Part shown: one piece after another, positions 20,755 through 30,923 of the stretch
Position numbering within the stretch: the stretch's first letter is position 1
Layout of the letters: each line of letters begins with the position of its first letter
NCBI GenBank assembly: GCA_965222225.1
Contig: CBDCTK010000002.1
Span: forward strand, 1,728,001-1,792,000
Direction of reading: 5' to 3'
DNA from: Candidatus Poribacteria bacterium
GTDB taxonomy: Bacteria; Poribacteria; WGA-4E; JAJDTR01
DNA: 64,000 bases
Translations under genes and position numbers: made by a program
The notes under the pieces: model-generated
Databases searched by the model: none
What the model saw: only the letters and a program-made list of their open reading frames with translations
Told to the model about the DNA's origin: nothing

Positions 20755-21537
20755 TTACTGCACCGTGAAGAGCGTCTTGAAGAAGTCCTGCATATCGGTC
20801 CAAGATTGCTTATCCGCTGCCGCATTATATCTCAACGGTCCGCCACGTGTATCCGCAGCCGGATTGGTGAAGCTGTGGCTAGCCTCAGGGTAGACGATAA
20901 ACTTAAAATCTACTTCGGCATTTTGCATCTCTTTCTTAAACGTGTCTACTTGTTTTGGCGTTATAAACGGATCGACTCCACCGTGACACACCAGAATCTT
21001 GGCTTTCACCGTCCCGCGCTTTGCAGGCGTCTGTGTTGACAACGAACCGTGGAAACTGACCACTCCGTCAAGCTCATCAATTCCGAGACGAGCCATGTGT
21101 AGCACAATACCGCCGCCAAAGCAATAGCCGATTGCGGCAATATGTTCCGAATCAACGGTTGGGTGTTTCTTCAATAAATCCATGCCAGCTATGAAACGGG
21201 CTTTGGCAACTTCCATATTTTCCATCACTGCGCGAGCAAATTTGCCGGCATCGTCGGGGTGGTCAACCAGTTTTCCATCGCCGTACATGTCTACCGCAAG
21301 TGCCGTATATCCCAACTCAGCCAACATTCGCACTCGGTTGCGCACATATTCGTTGTGGCCCCACCATTCGTGAACAACCAACACGCCGGGGCGTTTCCCT
21401 TTAGCTTGGTCGTTATAAGCCAGATAACCTTTAAACACGACATTATCCACCGTGTATTTGACCATTTCCCCATGGGTATGGGCATAACCGCACATTGCTA
21501 TTGACAACATTAACAGCGTGGAAATACTTATTCGCAT
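20755..21537 (-). CDS. Dienelactone hydrolase family protein, exported
   Basis: Signal peptide, VVHEWWG, GYCFGG nucleophile motif, HSFTNP. Confidence 0.88.
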   Translation of the reverse strand: MRISISTLLMLSIAMCGYAHTHGEMVKYTVDNVVFKGYLAYNDQAKGKRPGVLVVHEWWGHNEYVRNRVRMLAELGYTALAVDMYGDGKLVDHPDDAGKFARAVMENMEVAKARFIAGMDLLKKHPTVDSEHIAAIGYCFGGGIVLHMARLGIDELDGVVSFHGSLSTQTPAKRGTVKAKILVCHGGVDPFITPKQVDTFKKEMQNAEVDFKFIVYPEASHSFTNPAADTRGGPLRYNAAADKQSWTDMQDFFKTLFTVQ

Positions 21538-21755
21538 TTTGTGCCCTCCGTAAGACAATCATTATTTCTGAGAAAACCTAATACCATCTCGTTGAAAGGG
21601 GGTTGATAGTACACTGTCTAAGGAGTAAGTCGTCCCGCAGCGGTCTATCTGTCCAGAATGTTTAATTGTGGACACTGAACCGCAGGAGTCTTGCAACAAG
21701 CTAGGTTTGAGATTATCGAATACTCCAACGAAACAAAGCTGGAGCTGCAGTACTT

Positions 21756-23213
21756 TCAGACCATGTTTGCCAGTTGGGCGGGCATGAACTTTGGATTCGC
21801 TTTAATTGCCTTAGCCAGGGCAGCCTTCGCCTCCGCTTCAGCACCATTTGTTCGGTTGGCTAGTCCAATCGAGAAGTACGCTTGGGCAAGCTGAGTGTCG
21901 GTAAGCGGGAGATTCAACGCACGGTGAATGTATGCTAGCCCAGGTGCCGGATCGTCGCCATTACGGTAGGCAACTGTAATCAGCGTTTGGCCAAGCAGTA
22001 ACAGTGCCGGTGCGTACTCGGGATCCAATTCCAACGCAGTCTGAATGGCGATTCTTGCCTGCGAGAAAAAATCTCCTTTTTCCAGAACGCTCGATACGAT
22101 GCGCGACTCTTGGTTCAATGTGCTCGCCAATTCCGTCCATGAGGCAGGGTTTTCCGGATACTGGCGGGTAGCTTCGCGCAGCACCGCAATCCTCAAACCA
22201 ATGTCACCTCCCTCTCCCAATTCTGCCGCTGCTTGATAATAACCCTCAAAACTATCAAGTTTGGAGGTTTTCTCTCCAACCTCACGTGGGTTGGCGGACG
22301 GGACAACTGACGGCTTGAAGTGCTGCCAACCCGGCTCAGGGACATCAATCAATCCGCGATAAACGCGTAGGGCGGCATAACGGGGCGTACCCCACACCTC
22401 GGCGATTCGGGTAATCCAGTCGGGAAGACCATTCTCAAGATCCGCAAGTAATTCAGTTAACTCCATGCCGTTGTCCATCCGCTTACGAACTTCTGTTAGA
22501 AAGTATTCTTCAATTTTAATTAGTAGATCCATTTCTGTGTCATGTGCCAACGGTCCATGACCGGGAAGCACGTGGTCAGGATTGTATGAGCGCAGTTCGT
22601 CTATCGTGTTAATCCAGTCGTGATTTCCCATCAACCCCTCATTCATTACAGGCTGACCGAAGATGGGGAAACTGCCGGTCATAATCGTATCACCGGAAAT
22701 TATGCATCTTTCGTGTGGAATGCGAACGGCAGTTGCATCGTCCGTTTCTGCTTTACCAAGATGGACAAGATGTAGCGGCTGATTCCCTAGATTAAGTTCC
22801 GTTTCGAGTTGGAAAGTCTCATCGGGTAAATAGGGGTCATCGCCCAACTCAAAACCACGCGACCGGAGAAACGCTTTTTGACGTGGGGCTCGATCGACCA
22901 TAAACTCCTTCGTCATCTCTCTTGAAATGACTGCCGCCCCCTCATCATGAAAAATAATATTTCCGTTCGTGTGGTCCCAGTGGTAGTGGGTATTGATGGT
23001 ATACAGAATCGGTTTATCCGTTATCCTCCGAACAGCCTGAAGCACCCGACACGCCATATGCTGGTTAACCTGCGTATCAATGATGGCTACCCCTTTGTCA
23101 CCAACAACGATGGATGAATTAACGATATTGCGAAAAAGGTAGACCCTATCTGTTATTTTTTCGAGCGCTCCATATTGAAGCGGAGCGTACGGGTTGTCTT
23201 GCACTGGCTTCAT
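21756..23213 (-). CDS. MBL-fold metallo-hydrolase with C-terminal TPR domain
   Basis: INTHYHWDH, SGD, LPGHG; TPR motifs at the C-terminus. Confidence 0.8.
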   Translation of the reverse strand: MKPVQDNPYAPLQYGALEKITDRVYLFRNIVNSSIVVGDKGVAIIDTQVNQHMACRVLQAVRRITDKPILYTINTHYHWDHTNGNIIFHDEGAAVISREMTKEFMVDRAPRQKAFLRSRGFELGDDPYLPDETFQLETELNLGNQPLHLVHLGKAETDDATAVRIPHERCIISGDTIMTGSFPIFGQPVMNEGLMGNHDWINTIDELRSYNPDHVLPGHGPLAHDTEMDLLIKIEEYFLTEVRKRMDNGMELTELLADLENGLPDWITRIAEVWGTPRYAALRVYRGLIDVPEPGWQHFKPSVVPSANPREVGEKTSKLDSFEGYYQAAAELGEGGDIGLRIAVLREATRQYPENPASWTELASTLNQESRIVSSVLEKGDFFSQARIAIQTALELDPEYAPALLLLGQTLITVAYRNGDDPAPGLAYIHRALNLPLTDTQLAQAYFSIGLANRTNGAEAEAKAALAKAIKANPKFMPAQLANMV

Positions 23214-23393
23214 GTAGTTTCTCCCAGCGAGATCGCTTCTTTATTGAATCAGATTATTCATATTGACTTTATTCCTGTTCTTAGGACCATTAACGGCCCA
23301 GGACTGATACTGGCTCATATCTCCGAATTATTGCAGCGGAAGACAAACAAATTAATAATCCTAACATAAAATTTTGCATGGTATACTCGAACA

Positions 23394-24488
23394 TCATTTA
23401 CTCCATGTGTGGGCTTTAGCCGCCTTTATAAAATGCTTCACATTCTCGAATGGAGTGTCCTTATGAATTCCATGATTGAGATTAAGAATATGTCCGACTC
23501 TTCCAGCTTGTTGCAAACAGCTGTCCACGGCATCCGTGACATCGTCGGGGGTACCGTCACGAAGAACACAATTATCCACATTGCCTTGGACAGCAACCTG
23601 ACCTGCCGCATACGCCTGAGCTTTTTTAAGGTCTATACATTTTCCCAAACTTAGCACGTCTGCGCCGCTTTTCAGCATCAAATCCAGATAAGAACACTCT
23701 TTCGCAAACAAGATGGAAGGCGCGTCGGCACTCAACTCCGCGAAAATCTGTTCATGGTACGGCTGAGCAAAGGCTTCATATAACGGTCGTTCAATCCCAT
23801 CCGCGATTGACTCGAACAGTTGTACTATTTGAACACCCTGTGAAATCTGATAATTGAGGTAAGTTATCGTCATCTGCGTTAAGCGTTGCAACAGATCATG
23901 AAGCAAGTTGGGCGCTTCTCGCATCATTCGGAATATGACATTGGCTTCGCGTGATAGTCCACCCTCTCGATTCATGGGACTTTTTCCCGTAATCATAAAG
24001 AATGCTAGCGTCAAGGGAGCTCCGGAAAAACCAATCAATGGGAGTTTGCCATCCAATGATCGGCGGAGACCTCTGATTACCTCACCGGTAAAATTCAACT
24101 GTGACAAAGGGTCATCAAGCGGACGCAAGCCCACTATCTGGCTAGCCGTACGAATAGGAGTTCCCAACACTGGAGCAGGGGCAAAGCGAAAATGTACACC
24201 CATAGGAGCTAGTGGGGTAAGGATATCATGGTACATAATAATGGCGTCAACCCCGATGCGTTTCGGCAGGAGTGAGATTTCGATTACCCATTCGACTTCC
24301 GTAGTGCCAAAGGACCCCGGAACTGTTTGAAACAGACGCTCTAGTGGAAAGTTAATCTTATCCCTAAGTGCCCGATAAACCGGATCGGAACGACCTGCTT
24401 GACGCATCAACCACACAGGCACACGTTCAACTGGAAGGCGTCGCACTGCGCGGAGCAAAAGGTTATTTTCTCGCATGGGATTGGTCAA
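23394..24488 (-). CDS. hemE: Uroporphyrinogen decarboxylase
   Basis: PVWLMRQAGR, DIL, LIGFSGAP, QGNVD, HILNLNHGI. Confidence 0.92.
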   Translation of the reverse strand: MTNPMRENNLLLRAVRRLPVERVPVWLMRQAGRSDPVYRALRDKINFPLERLFQTVPGSFGTTEVEWVIEISLLPKRIGVDAIIMYHDILTPLAPMGVHFRFAPAPVLGTPIRTASQIVGLRPLDDPLSQLNFTGEVIRGLRRSLDGKLPLIGFSGAPLTLAFFMITGKSPMNREGGLSREANVIFRMMREAPNLLHDLLQRLTQMTITYLNYQISQGVQIVQLFESIADGIERPLYEAFAQPYHEQIFAELSADAPSILFAKECSYLDLMLKSGADVLSLGKCIDLKKAQAYAAGQVAVQGNVDNCVLRDGTPDDVTDAVDSCLQQAGRVGHILNLNHGIHKDTPFENVKHFIKAAKAHTWSK

Positions 24489-25027
24489 TTCTTACTGTTT
24501 CCTACTCTTTCTTTTTCATGGCGCTCAAGAAACTGTCTGAGTTTCACGAAGCTCTTCACGTTCTTCATGATACGACCACTCTCCCGCTCTTCAAGATAGA
24601 GAAAAAAGCCCATCAAGTACAAGCTAATGAAAAATAGTATAAAGCCTGAGAAACATCTCAAGACGGCAAAATAGTCTGCCTCCAGATGAAGGCGGGGAAA
24701 GGAGCCATGATAAACTTTCAACACACTGTTTTCCTGTCTAAGTGTGTAGGTTCGATTACTATTTTCATCAAGAATCAACCACCTACTGCTGTGATAGTCA
24801 CCGAGTGAACTGCTGAGGTTCTCGGAAAGAGAAAACCCATGCTTCTCAAAAGTCTCCCTCAGCGTTTCCGAAATCACGTCGCGATTCAGTTCCGACGCGA
24901 ATTGAGAATCTATGCTGAATCTCAACGTTTGGTTCCACGTTATTGACGCGAAATCCCCCCAACCTGCAACACCTATCGATAGAAAGGCAATTGAGAGCGC
25001 GAAAACTATGAAAAATGGTATGCCCAT
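24485..25027 (-). CDS. Hypothetical two-TM membrane protein
   Basis: 180 aa with N- and C-terminal hydrophobic helices; 4-nt overlap with the hemE start. Confidence 0.6.
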   Translation of the reverse strand: MGIPFFIVFALSIAFLSIGVAGWGDFASITWNQTLRFSIDSQFASELNRDVISETLRETFEKHGFSLSENLSSSLGDYHSSRWLILDENSNRTYTLRQENSVLKVYHGSFPRLHLEADYFAVLRCFSGFILFFISLYLMGFFLYLEERESGRIMKNVKSFVKLRQFLERHEKERVGNSKN

Positions 25028-25685
25028 AATAGCGTTATGCGGTGTCTGGTTGCTTTAATCTCATGCTACACCCTCATTTACTCAAGATGTCTTCCTAGCT
25101 GCAATGAGCACCGTAATGCGAGAATCTCAGCGGCAACTACGCTTTCAAGCGAAACCCATATAGAAATAAAACCAGCATCCATTACTCGCGAGAGCTTCCG
25201 CACCGTCGTTGACTTCCATCAAGCATTTAGGGCTGGTGCGTCATTTCGGAGCATCATGGGATTGATTCTACGAGCCTGTCTGCAGTGAAGTTCAAACTTT
25301 ATGCAAACGAGGATTTGGTGAGATGTTTGGCGTAATTTCACATTGACCATTCAACGACGCCAAGAAACGGATGGCAATATTATTGGGAGCCGAGTTGTAG
25401 AAACAAATATTTCGTAACAATACGAATATTACGATTTCCAAAATGACTGACCTTAAGCCCATCTTCAATGTTTGACCGGAACTCGAATCCACACTATTAT
25501 AGCACAATCAAGAGGGGGCATGACGAAAATCTGCGGCGACTGTCAATTGGATTTGTGTCGTCTTAAGGCAGATTACCGATGAATTTGGCGTTAGGTTGCG
25601 GGCAGGCCATTATGCCGCTCTCTGGATTGGGATGGAAAAATGCTAAGTTCGATATCTTGACATCAGTGCAATAGAGTCCACTAAT

Positions 25686-26525
25686 TCACATGAAGTACTT
25701 TGTCTCCAAGAACAGGAACCTCCCGCATAATTCCCCTATAAAAACTGCAATCATGGCAACATAGAGAAATCCTGTCGCGGCACGCGTTGCTCCAACGGCA
25801 TCCCGTTCCACGGCTTTGTCTCGGAGACAATACCATACAATGATGTACAGCAGAAATGACCCGCAAAACCCAATTAAGACACGCATTCCCAACACAACCT
25901 GCAAAAAGAAATTACGCGGTATTCCCACTGACGACCCCGCACCTACGGCAAAATTCAGGACAAACAGAGAAATTGATAGAAGAAGAGCAATTAGAAAAAT
26001 CTGATTGAACCTTTTCAGATGGATTACTGGAAGATCTGGCGTCACTAGATACCAGTGTCCAAACCACATGCCGCTATTTACAGAGCCTAGCAGAACAGCA
26101 GAGACCAGAAATTGGAGAGGTAACAGGAATCTGCTCAGTGGAAGATGGCTATGTGGCTGAAAAGATTGTGCGCTGCTCACAACCCAAATTGTCCCGACGA
26201 CCGTCCCAACGAAAAGAAGACCTCGATTAAGAATCTCAGATTTCAGCCAAAGACTAACGGCGTAGCAAAAGAGAATAAGAAACAGAAGGAGCGTAAAAAA
26301 CACATCTTGTCCACTCCAAGCTAGGAAAAAACTTCTCCAAGAGACCGCTTGACCGCTAATCGGAAGGCTTGTACACCTGGCGAATATGATTGCTAGCAGG
26401 TAAATACTCCCCATCAAGCGATAAAAGCCACGACCTACCAATCCCTTTGGCACAAGAAGAAGCAAGGTAAAACCGCCAATTGCCAGTTGACTGAATACCA
26501 GATAAAAAATCGGAGTGAGAATCAT
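25686..26525 (-). CDS. Polytopic membrane protein with GHWYL motif (DmsC/CcsA-like, uncharacterised)
   Basis: About 8 TM helices; LLGS..GMWFGHWYLVTP and AATGFLY..GEL. Start taken at ATG 26525; the ORF is open to 26633. Confidence 0.65.
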   Translation of the reverse strand: MILTPIFYLVFSQLAIGGFTLLLLVPKGLVGRGFYRLMGSIYLLAIIFARCTSLPISGQAVSWRSFFLAWSGQDVFFTLLLFLILFCYAVSLWLKSEILNRGLLFVGTVVGTIWVVSSAQSFQPHSHLPLSRFLLPLQFLVSAVLLGSVNSGMWFGHWYLVTPDLPVIHLKRFNQIFLIALLLSISLFVLNFAVGAGSSVGIPRNFFLQVVLGMRVLIGFCGSFLLYIIVWYCLRDKAVERDAVGATRAATGFLYVAMIAVFIGELCGRFLFLETKYFM

Positions 26526-26607
26526 ATTCTGGCCTTCTTCAGAAATAGAAAAACCCACTGTGGCAAGTAACCACAATGGGTTTGGATGGATTAAAGTCAG
26601 CTCGGAT

Positions 26608-27006
26608 TTATAGAATCTCCACAACCGCTCCAACCGCTTCTAACTGCTCTTTGATCTTTTCAGCTTCCTCTTGCGGGAGACCTTCCTTGATTACAGTGGG
26701 AGCGCTTTCGACCTTCTCTTTTGCTTCCTTGAGCCCAAGACCTGTCACCGCGCGCACCTCTTTGATAACAGGAATCTTTTGGGATCCAATCTCTTTCAAC
26801 TGAACGTCAAATGCGGTCTTTTCTTCTTCCGGTGGAGCTTCAGCTTCGGCTGCTCCTGCCCCTAGGGCACCCACCATCATTGGCGCCGCCATCATCGGTG
26901 CGGAAGCGCTCACGCCGAATTTATCTTCCAAAGCTTTCACCAACTCGGAAAGCTCCAAAACTGTCATGTTACTGATTGTTTCAATCATTTCATCAATGTT
27001 AGCCAT
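26608..27006 (-). CDS. rplL: 50S ribosomal protein L7/L12
   Basis: [46 protein letters not shown]. Confidence 0.98.
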   Translation of the reverse strand: MANIDEMIETISNMTVLELSELVKALEDKFGVSASAPMMAAPMMVGALGAGAAEAEAPPEEEKTAFDVQLKEIGSQKIPVIKEVRAVTGLGLKEAKEKVESAPTVIKEGLPQEEAEKIKEQLEAVGAVVEIL

Positions 27007-27035
27007 TTTCCTGTTCCTTTCTATATTTATAGTAA

Positions 27036-27602
27036 CTACGCCGATTCGGCCTCTTTTTTCTGATCGGCAACAGCCTGCAGTGCTGTCGTCAACTGACGCA
27101 CTGTACCATTTAAGACGCTGACAAAATCCGTCACTGGCGAACCTCTATGCAAAACAGAAACAAGCCCGGAAAGCGGTACTTTGATACCGACAATAGCCTG
27201 AGCAATCAACTGTTCCTTTGACGGCATGTTGACAAGCGCTTCAACTCCCGCAGCATCAATGACCGATTTGCCCAGAAGACCGCCTTTGATTTTCAAATGC
27301 TCATGTTCATCGGCAAATTCCTTCAAAATCTTTGAACACGCTGTGGGATCATCACTCGTTGCGAGAGCAGTTGGACCTACCAAATGGTCTTCTAAACCCT
27401 CGATTCCCAGCTCTTGCGCAACAACCTTAACAAGTCGATTCTTGCAAACTTTATACTGAATACCCGCATCGCGTAATTGCTGTCGAAGCTCATTAACCTC
27501 AGCAACAGTCAATCCCTTGAAATCAGTTAGCAATACAACATCGGCACTCTGAATATGCTCTCGAATCATATCCACTTGTTGGATATTTGCTTGACTAGGC
27601 AT
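27036..27602 (-). CDS. rplJ: 50S ribosomal protein L10 (extended C-terminal helix)
   Basis: [33 protein letters not shown]; located between rplA and rplL. Confidence 0.96.
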   Translation of the reverse strand: MPSQANIQQVDMIREHIQSADVVLLTDFKGLTVAEVNELRQQLRDAGIQYKVCKNRLVKVVAQELGIEGLEDHLVGPTALATSDDPTACSKILKEFADEHEHLKIKGGLLGKSVIDAAGVEALVNMPSKEQLIAQAIVGIKVPLSGLVSVLHRGSPVTDFVSVLNGTVRQLTTALQAVADQKKEAESA

Positions 27603-27637
27603 ACTTCACCTCCTTCCGCGAATTATTCAAAAATGTG

Positions 27638-27672
27638 AAAACAAAAAAGCCTCCAGTCAACTGGAGGCTTTT
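27638..27672 (-). terminator. Intrinsic terminator (attenuator) in the rplJ leader
   Basis: Minus strand AAAAGCCTCCAG-TTGA-CTGGAGGCTTTTTTGTTTT. Confidence 0.75.
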
Positions 27673-27744
27673 ACACATGGATACTCACACAGATATTTTC
27701 CCCATTGCTTCGATAGGGAGAACTCATGCTCCATCGCTACCATG

Positions 27745-27799
27745 CCTCGGCAGGCTGAAAATATCATTTAAGCTATTGGCACCTGCTGTCTTTGACCGT
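27745..27799 (-). promoter_or_regulatory. L10 leader (rplJL autoregulatory RNA)
   Basis: Minus strand ...AAGACAGCAGGTGCC...TTAA...CCTGCCGAGG matches the L10-leader pattern upstream of rplJ. Confidence 0.8.
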
Positions 27800-27834
27800 A
27801 TCGAGTTTCTTAAATTTTTTTCAAACTTGTGCGC

Positions 27835-28536
27835 TCAACCGCTAAATTGCACTGGGTCAAACCGTATCCCCCCACCCATAGTCGACGAAACGGCAACACT
27901 CCTCAAATACCGTCCCTTCACCGATGCAGGGCGTGCTCGCATTAATGCCTCCATTACCGTTTGAAGGTTTTCCTTAATCTGATTGTCATCGAAAGACGTT
28001 TTGCCGATGGGAACATGTACAATCCCCGATTCCTTTTCCACGCGGTATTCAATCTGGCCAGCCTTGATGTTGTTGATAGTTTCCGCTATCTCCATCGTTA
28101 CAGTCCCTGTCTTCGCATTGGGCATCAATCCTCGAGGACCTAGGATACGACCCAACTTCGGCATAATTGTCCTCATTAGATCCGGCGTTGCTACCGTGGC
28201 ATCGAAATCAAGCCATCCTCCAACAATTTTGTCAACTAGGTCGTCAGTGCCGACTGCATCTGCCCCGGCCTCTTCCGCTTCACGGGCTTTGTCTCCTTGA
28301 GCAAATACAACCACGCGTATCTGCTTACCAGTACCATGAGGCAATGCAACAGTGCCACGGATGTTCTGCTCCGCGTGACGCGGGTCTACTCCAAGACGCG
28401 CAGCTAAGTCAACAGATTCGTCAAACTTTGCCTTTGAAGTTTGTTTCAATAACTGCACACCTTCGTCTAAACTGTAAAGTTGAGACCGATCAATGAGATT
28501 CGCAATCTCGCGATTTCGTTTTCCGTTCTTTTTCAA
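27835..28536 (-). CDS. rplA: 50S ribosomal protein L1
   Basis: [43 protein letters not shown] start follows a GGAGG RBS. Confidence 0.98.
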   Translation of the reverse strand: MKKNGKRNREIANLIDRSQLYSLDEGVQLLKQTSKAKFDESVDLAARLGVDPRHAEQNIRGTVALPHGTGKQIRVVVFAQGDKAREAEEAGADAVGTDDLVDKIVGGWLDFDATVATPDLMRTIMPKLGRILGPRGLMPNAKTGTVTMEIAETINNIKAGQIEYRVEKESGIVHVPIGKTSFDDNQIKENLQTVMEALMRARPASVKGRYLRSVAVSSTMGGGIRFDPVQFSG

Positions 28537-28575
28537 TGTGACCTCCACCCGATTTCGGCTAAATACCGTTTGGGA

Positions 28576-28998
28576 TTACTGGATTGTAATTCCCATGCTG
28601 CGAGCAGTTCCGGCAACCATCCGCATCGCAGCTTCAATGTCGCTAGTGTTAAGGTCCGCCAATTTTGTCTGTGCAATTTCTCGCACCTGATCTGTAGTAA
28701 TTGATGCAACTTTATCGCGGTTTGGTTCGCCAGATCCTTTTGCAATTCGTGCCGCCTGTTTCAACAGCACGGCTGCTGGAGATGATTTTACCTCAATGGA
28801 GAAGGAGCGATCCGCGTAGCAGGTGATATTCGTTGTAACAACCAATCCAGATTGATCCTGGGTCTGGGCGTTAAACGATTTGATGAACTCTGGGATATTA
28901 ATCATGTACGGGGCAAGACTCGGACCGACTGGCGGGTTTGGCGTCGCTTGTCCCGAGACCAATTGAAGTTTCACAATTCCTGCGATTTTCTTTGCCAT
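28576..28998 (-). CDS. rplK: 50S ribosomal protein L11
   Basis: [28 protein letters not shown]. Confidence 0.98.
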   Translation of the reverse strand: MAKKIAGIVKLQLVSGQATPNPPVGPSLAPYMINIPEFIKSFNAQTQDQSGLVVTTNITCYADRSFSIEVKSSPAAVLLKQAARIAKGSGEPNRDKVASITTDQVREIAQTKLADLNTSDIEAAMRMVAGTARSMGITIQ

Positions 28999-29061
28999 TT
29001 TGATTCCTTCAAAATGCAGGCAGAATAGCCCGCTTTAACTTTTTCATTACCGGTTTAACTT

Positions 29062-29628
29062 CTAATGCCGTTCGACCTCAAGAAATCCAAGTTCGACAGG
29101 TGTCGCTCTTCCAAAGATTGAAATGACCAGATGCAATCGCTGACGCTCAAAATCAATCGCTTTGATTTCACCACCAAATCCATTAAATGGTCCGTCAATC
29201 ACTTTAACTTGATCGCCAACAACAAAATCCACGGTCGGTACCGGTTCGTCTTTCTCCTCGCCGCTTGACAAATTCAGAACATTCTTGACTTCATCTTCTT
29301 TGAGCGGGGTGGGATTTGAACCTGATGCACCCACAAAACCCATCACTCCGGGCGTTTCCCGAATTATGTACCAACTACGACGGCCACCTTCCTCTTCAAC
29401 CTCAGGTCCCAGTTCATGGCACGACTGGATTAGGATGTATCCCGGATAAGAGGGGCGTTCCTGCACCCGTTTTATTCCATCTTTAACAGAAGCAACTTCC
29501 TTCATCGGGACAATCACTTGCAGAACTTCATCGTGCAGTTCCAGCGCGGACACTCGCTGTTCAAGGTTCATTTTCACCTTCTTCTCATGTCCCGAGTAAA
29601 TATGAATAATATACCAGTAGCCGTCCAT
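29062..29628 (-). CDS. nusG: Transcription termination/antitermination factor NusG
   Basis: WYIIHIYSGHEKKVK, YPGYI, TPGVMGFVG, KOW VIDGPF..IFGRATPVEL; start at ATG 29628. Confidence 0.97.
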   Translation of the reverse strand: MDGYWYIIHIYSGHEKKVKMNLEQRVSALELHDEVLQVIVPMKEVASVKDGIKRVQERPSYPGYILIQSCHELGPEVEEEGGRRSWYIIRETPGVMGFVGASGSNPTPLKEDEVKNVLNLSSGEEKDEPVPTVDFVVGDQVKVIDGPFNGFGGEIKAIDFERQRLHLVISIFGRATPVELGFLEVERH

Positions 29629-29659
29629 AAAATTTGAGATTTTAGCTTGAATGCAGAAA

Positions 29660-30031
29660 TTATCGAATGAATAGACTACGCAGCAGCGACATCCCGAAAC
29701 CCTCAAGAGAATAATCGAAAACATATTCGAAAATCAGCACAACAGCCAACGGGACTATGGAAATCAGGAGCGCCGTCCGCCAGCGCTGTAGTATGGCTCT
29801 CGAAATAAGGAAGACGGCGATAGTCAACAAGACTATCACAACCGCCCCGTGTAAGGATCCCCAATTCGGATATGTGGTATTGCCGTCAACTAGCCACAAA
29901 AACAGTCCCAAACACGCACATGCGACGAGCACCACGAGCGTGTTGCTTTGTACCTCTTTACGATTCGGCTTTGATACTTTTTGCCACTCAAGCTGTGTTT
30001 CTTGGATGTATTTCTTGATTTGCGCTATCAT
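29660..30031 (-). CDS. secE: Preprotein translocase subunit SecE (three predicted TM segments)
   Basis: EWQKVSKPNRKEV..T.VV motif; canonical position between tRNA-Trp and nusG. Confidence 0.9.
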   Translation of the reverse strand: MIAQIKKYIQETQLEWQKVSKPNRKEVQSNTLVVLVACACLGLFLWLVDGNTTYPNWGSLHGAVVIVLLTIAVFLISRAILQRWRTALLISIVPLAVVLIFEYVFDYSLEGFGMSLLRSLFIR

Positions 30032-30053
30032 CGTGTAGTTTCAATCAAACATG

Positions 30054-30127
30054 CAGGCCAGGAGGGATTCGAACCCCCAACATTCGGTTTTGGAGACCGA
30101 CGCTCTAGCCGTTCGAGCTACTGGCCT
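30054..30127 (-). tRNA. trnW: tRNA-Trp (CCA)
   Basis: AGGCCAGTAGCTCGAACGGCTAGAGC...CTCCAAA...GGTTCGAATCC..CTGGCCTG; the 3' CCA is not encoded. Confidence 0.96.
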
Positions 30128-30262
30128 TCAAGGTCGGTAAGTTAAATTGCAACGCAAAATGATTCTTGTCATTATGCTTTACTGCTCAGGTGGATTCCCA
30201 AAACGTAGGAGAAAACACGCGATAGAATCTAGTCTGCGTCAAAATTTGGGTGCCGAAATAAA

Positions 30263-30415
30263 TCATGCGGCTTCCTTGTGAAGCGTATGCTTTCGGCAAA
30301 ACCGGCAGAATTTCTTTAAGGCGTGTCGCGCCTGTTGAGTTCTCCGATTACGTGTCGTCACATAATTACGCCGTTTACATTCGTCACAAGCTAACGTTGC
30401 TATATCTCTAGGCAT
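30263..30415 (-). CDS. rpmG: 50S ribosomal protein L33 (Zn-ribbon C+ type); below the ORF-track cutoff
   Basis: [50 protein letters not shown]. Confidence 0.96.
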   Translation of the reverse strand: MPRDIATLACDECKRRNYVTTRNRRTQQARHALKKFCRFCRKHTLHKEAA

Positions 30416-30478
30416 AGTCGTTTCTCACGGAATTTGGTTTTGTCAGTATTCAGTATTAGGAATAACACTGGCAGGCAA

Positions 30479-30551
<73 letters not shown>

Positions 30552-30573
30552 TTCCGAAACTGAACCAAAGGGG

Positions 30574-30603
30574 ATTGTACCACAAACGATACTCTATCTG
30601 CAA
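30574..30603 (-). promoter_or_regulatory. Promoter of the tRNA-Thr/rpmG/secE/nusG operon
   Basis: TTGCAG-18 bp-TACAAT with extended -10 TG. Confidence 0.5.
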
Positions 30604-30923
30604 ACCGTTTTTGTAAGTAGATTCCGGAGATCCAAGTTTGTACGCGAGGACATTTATCTTGCGTAACCGAGGCGTGTCAATTCGCCTTAAGCATTAAACC
30701 GAGTAGCATGGCTTCTAACAACGTCGGCACATCCGGATTTCAAATCTAGCAATGTCTCGCAACGGATGGTTCACGCCACCATCCGAGTAGCATCTATGAT
30801 ACGATTTCCGTCATTCAAATCGCAGGGAAAAGAAAAAGCCCGTACAGAGATGAGCTGTAATAAAAACATGATTAGTGAATCCCAATGCAACCAACATTCC
30901 AACCGCCACTTTGTCATTTGATA

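Noticed and set aside
21548-21566. Fur box upstream of the hydrolase-cytochrome genes
   Set aside because: Only ~12/19 match to the E. coli consensus in AT-rich sequence; insufficient.
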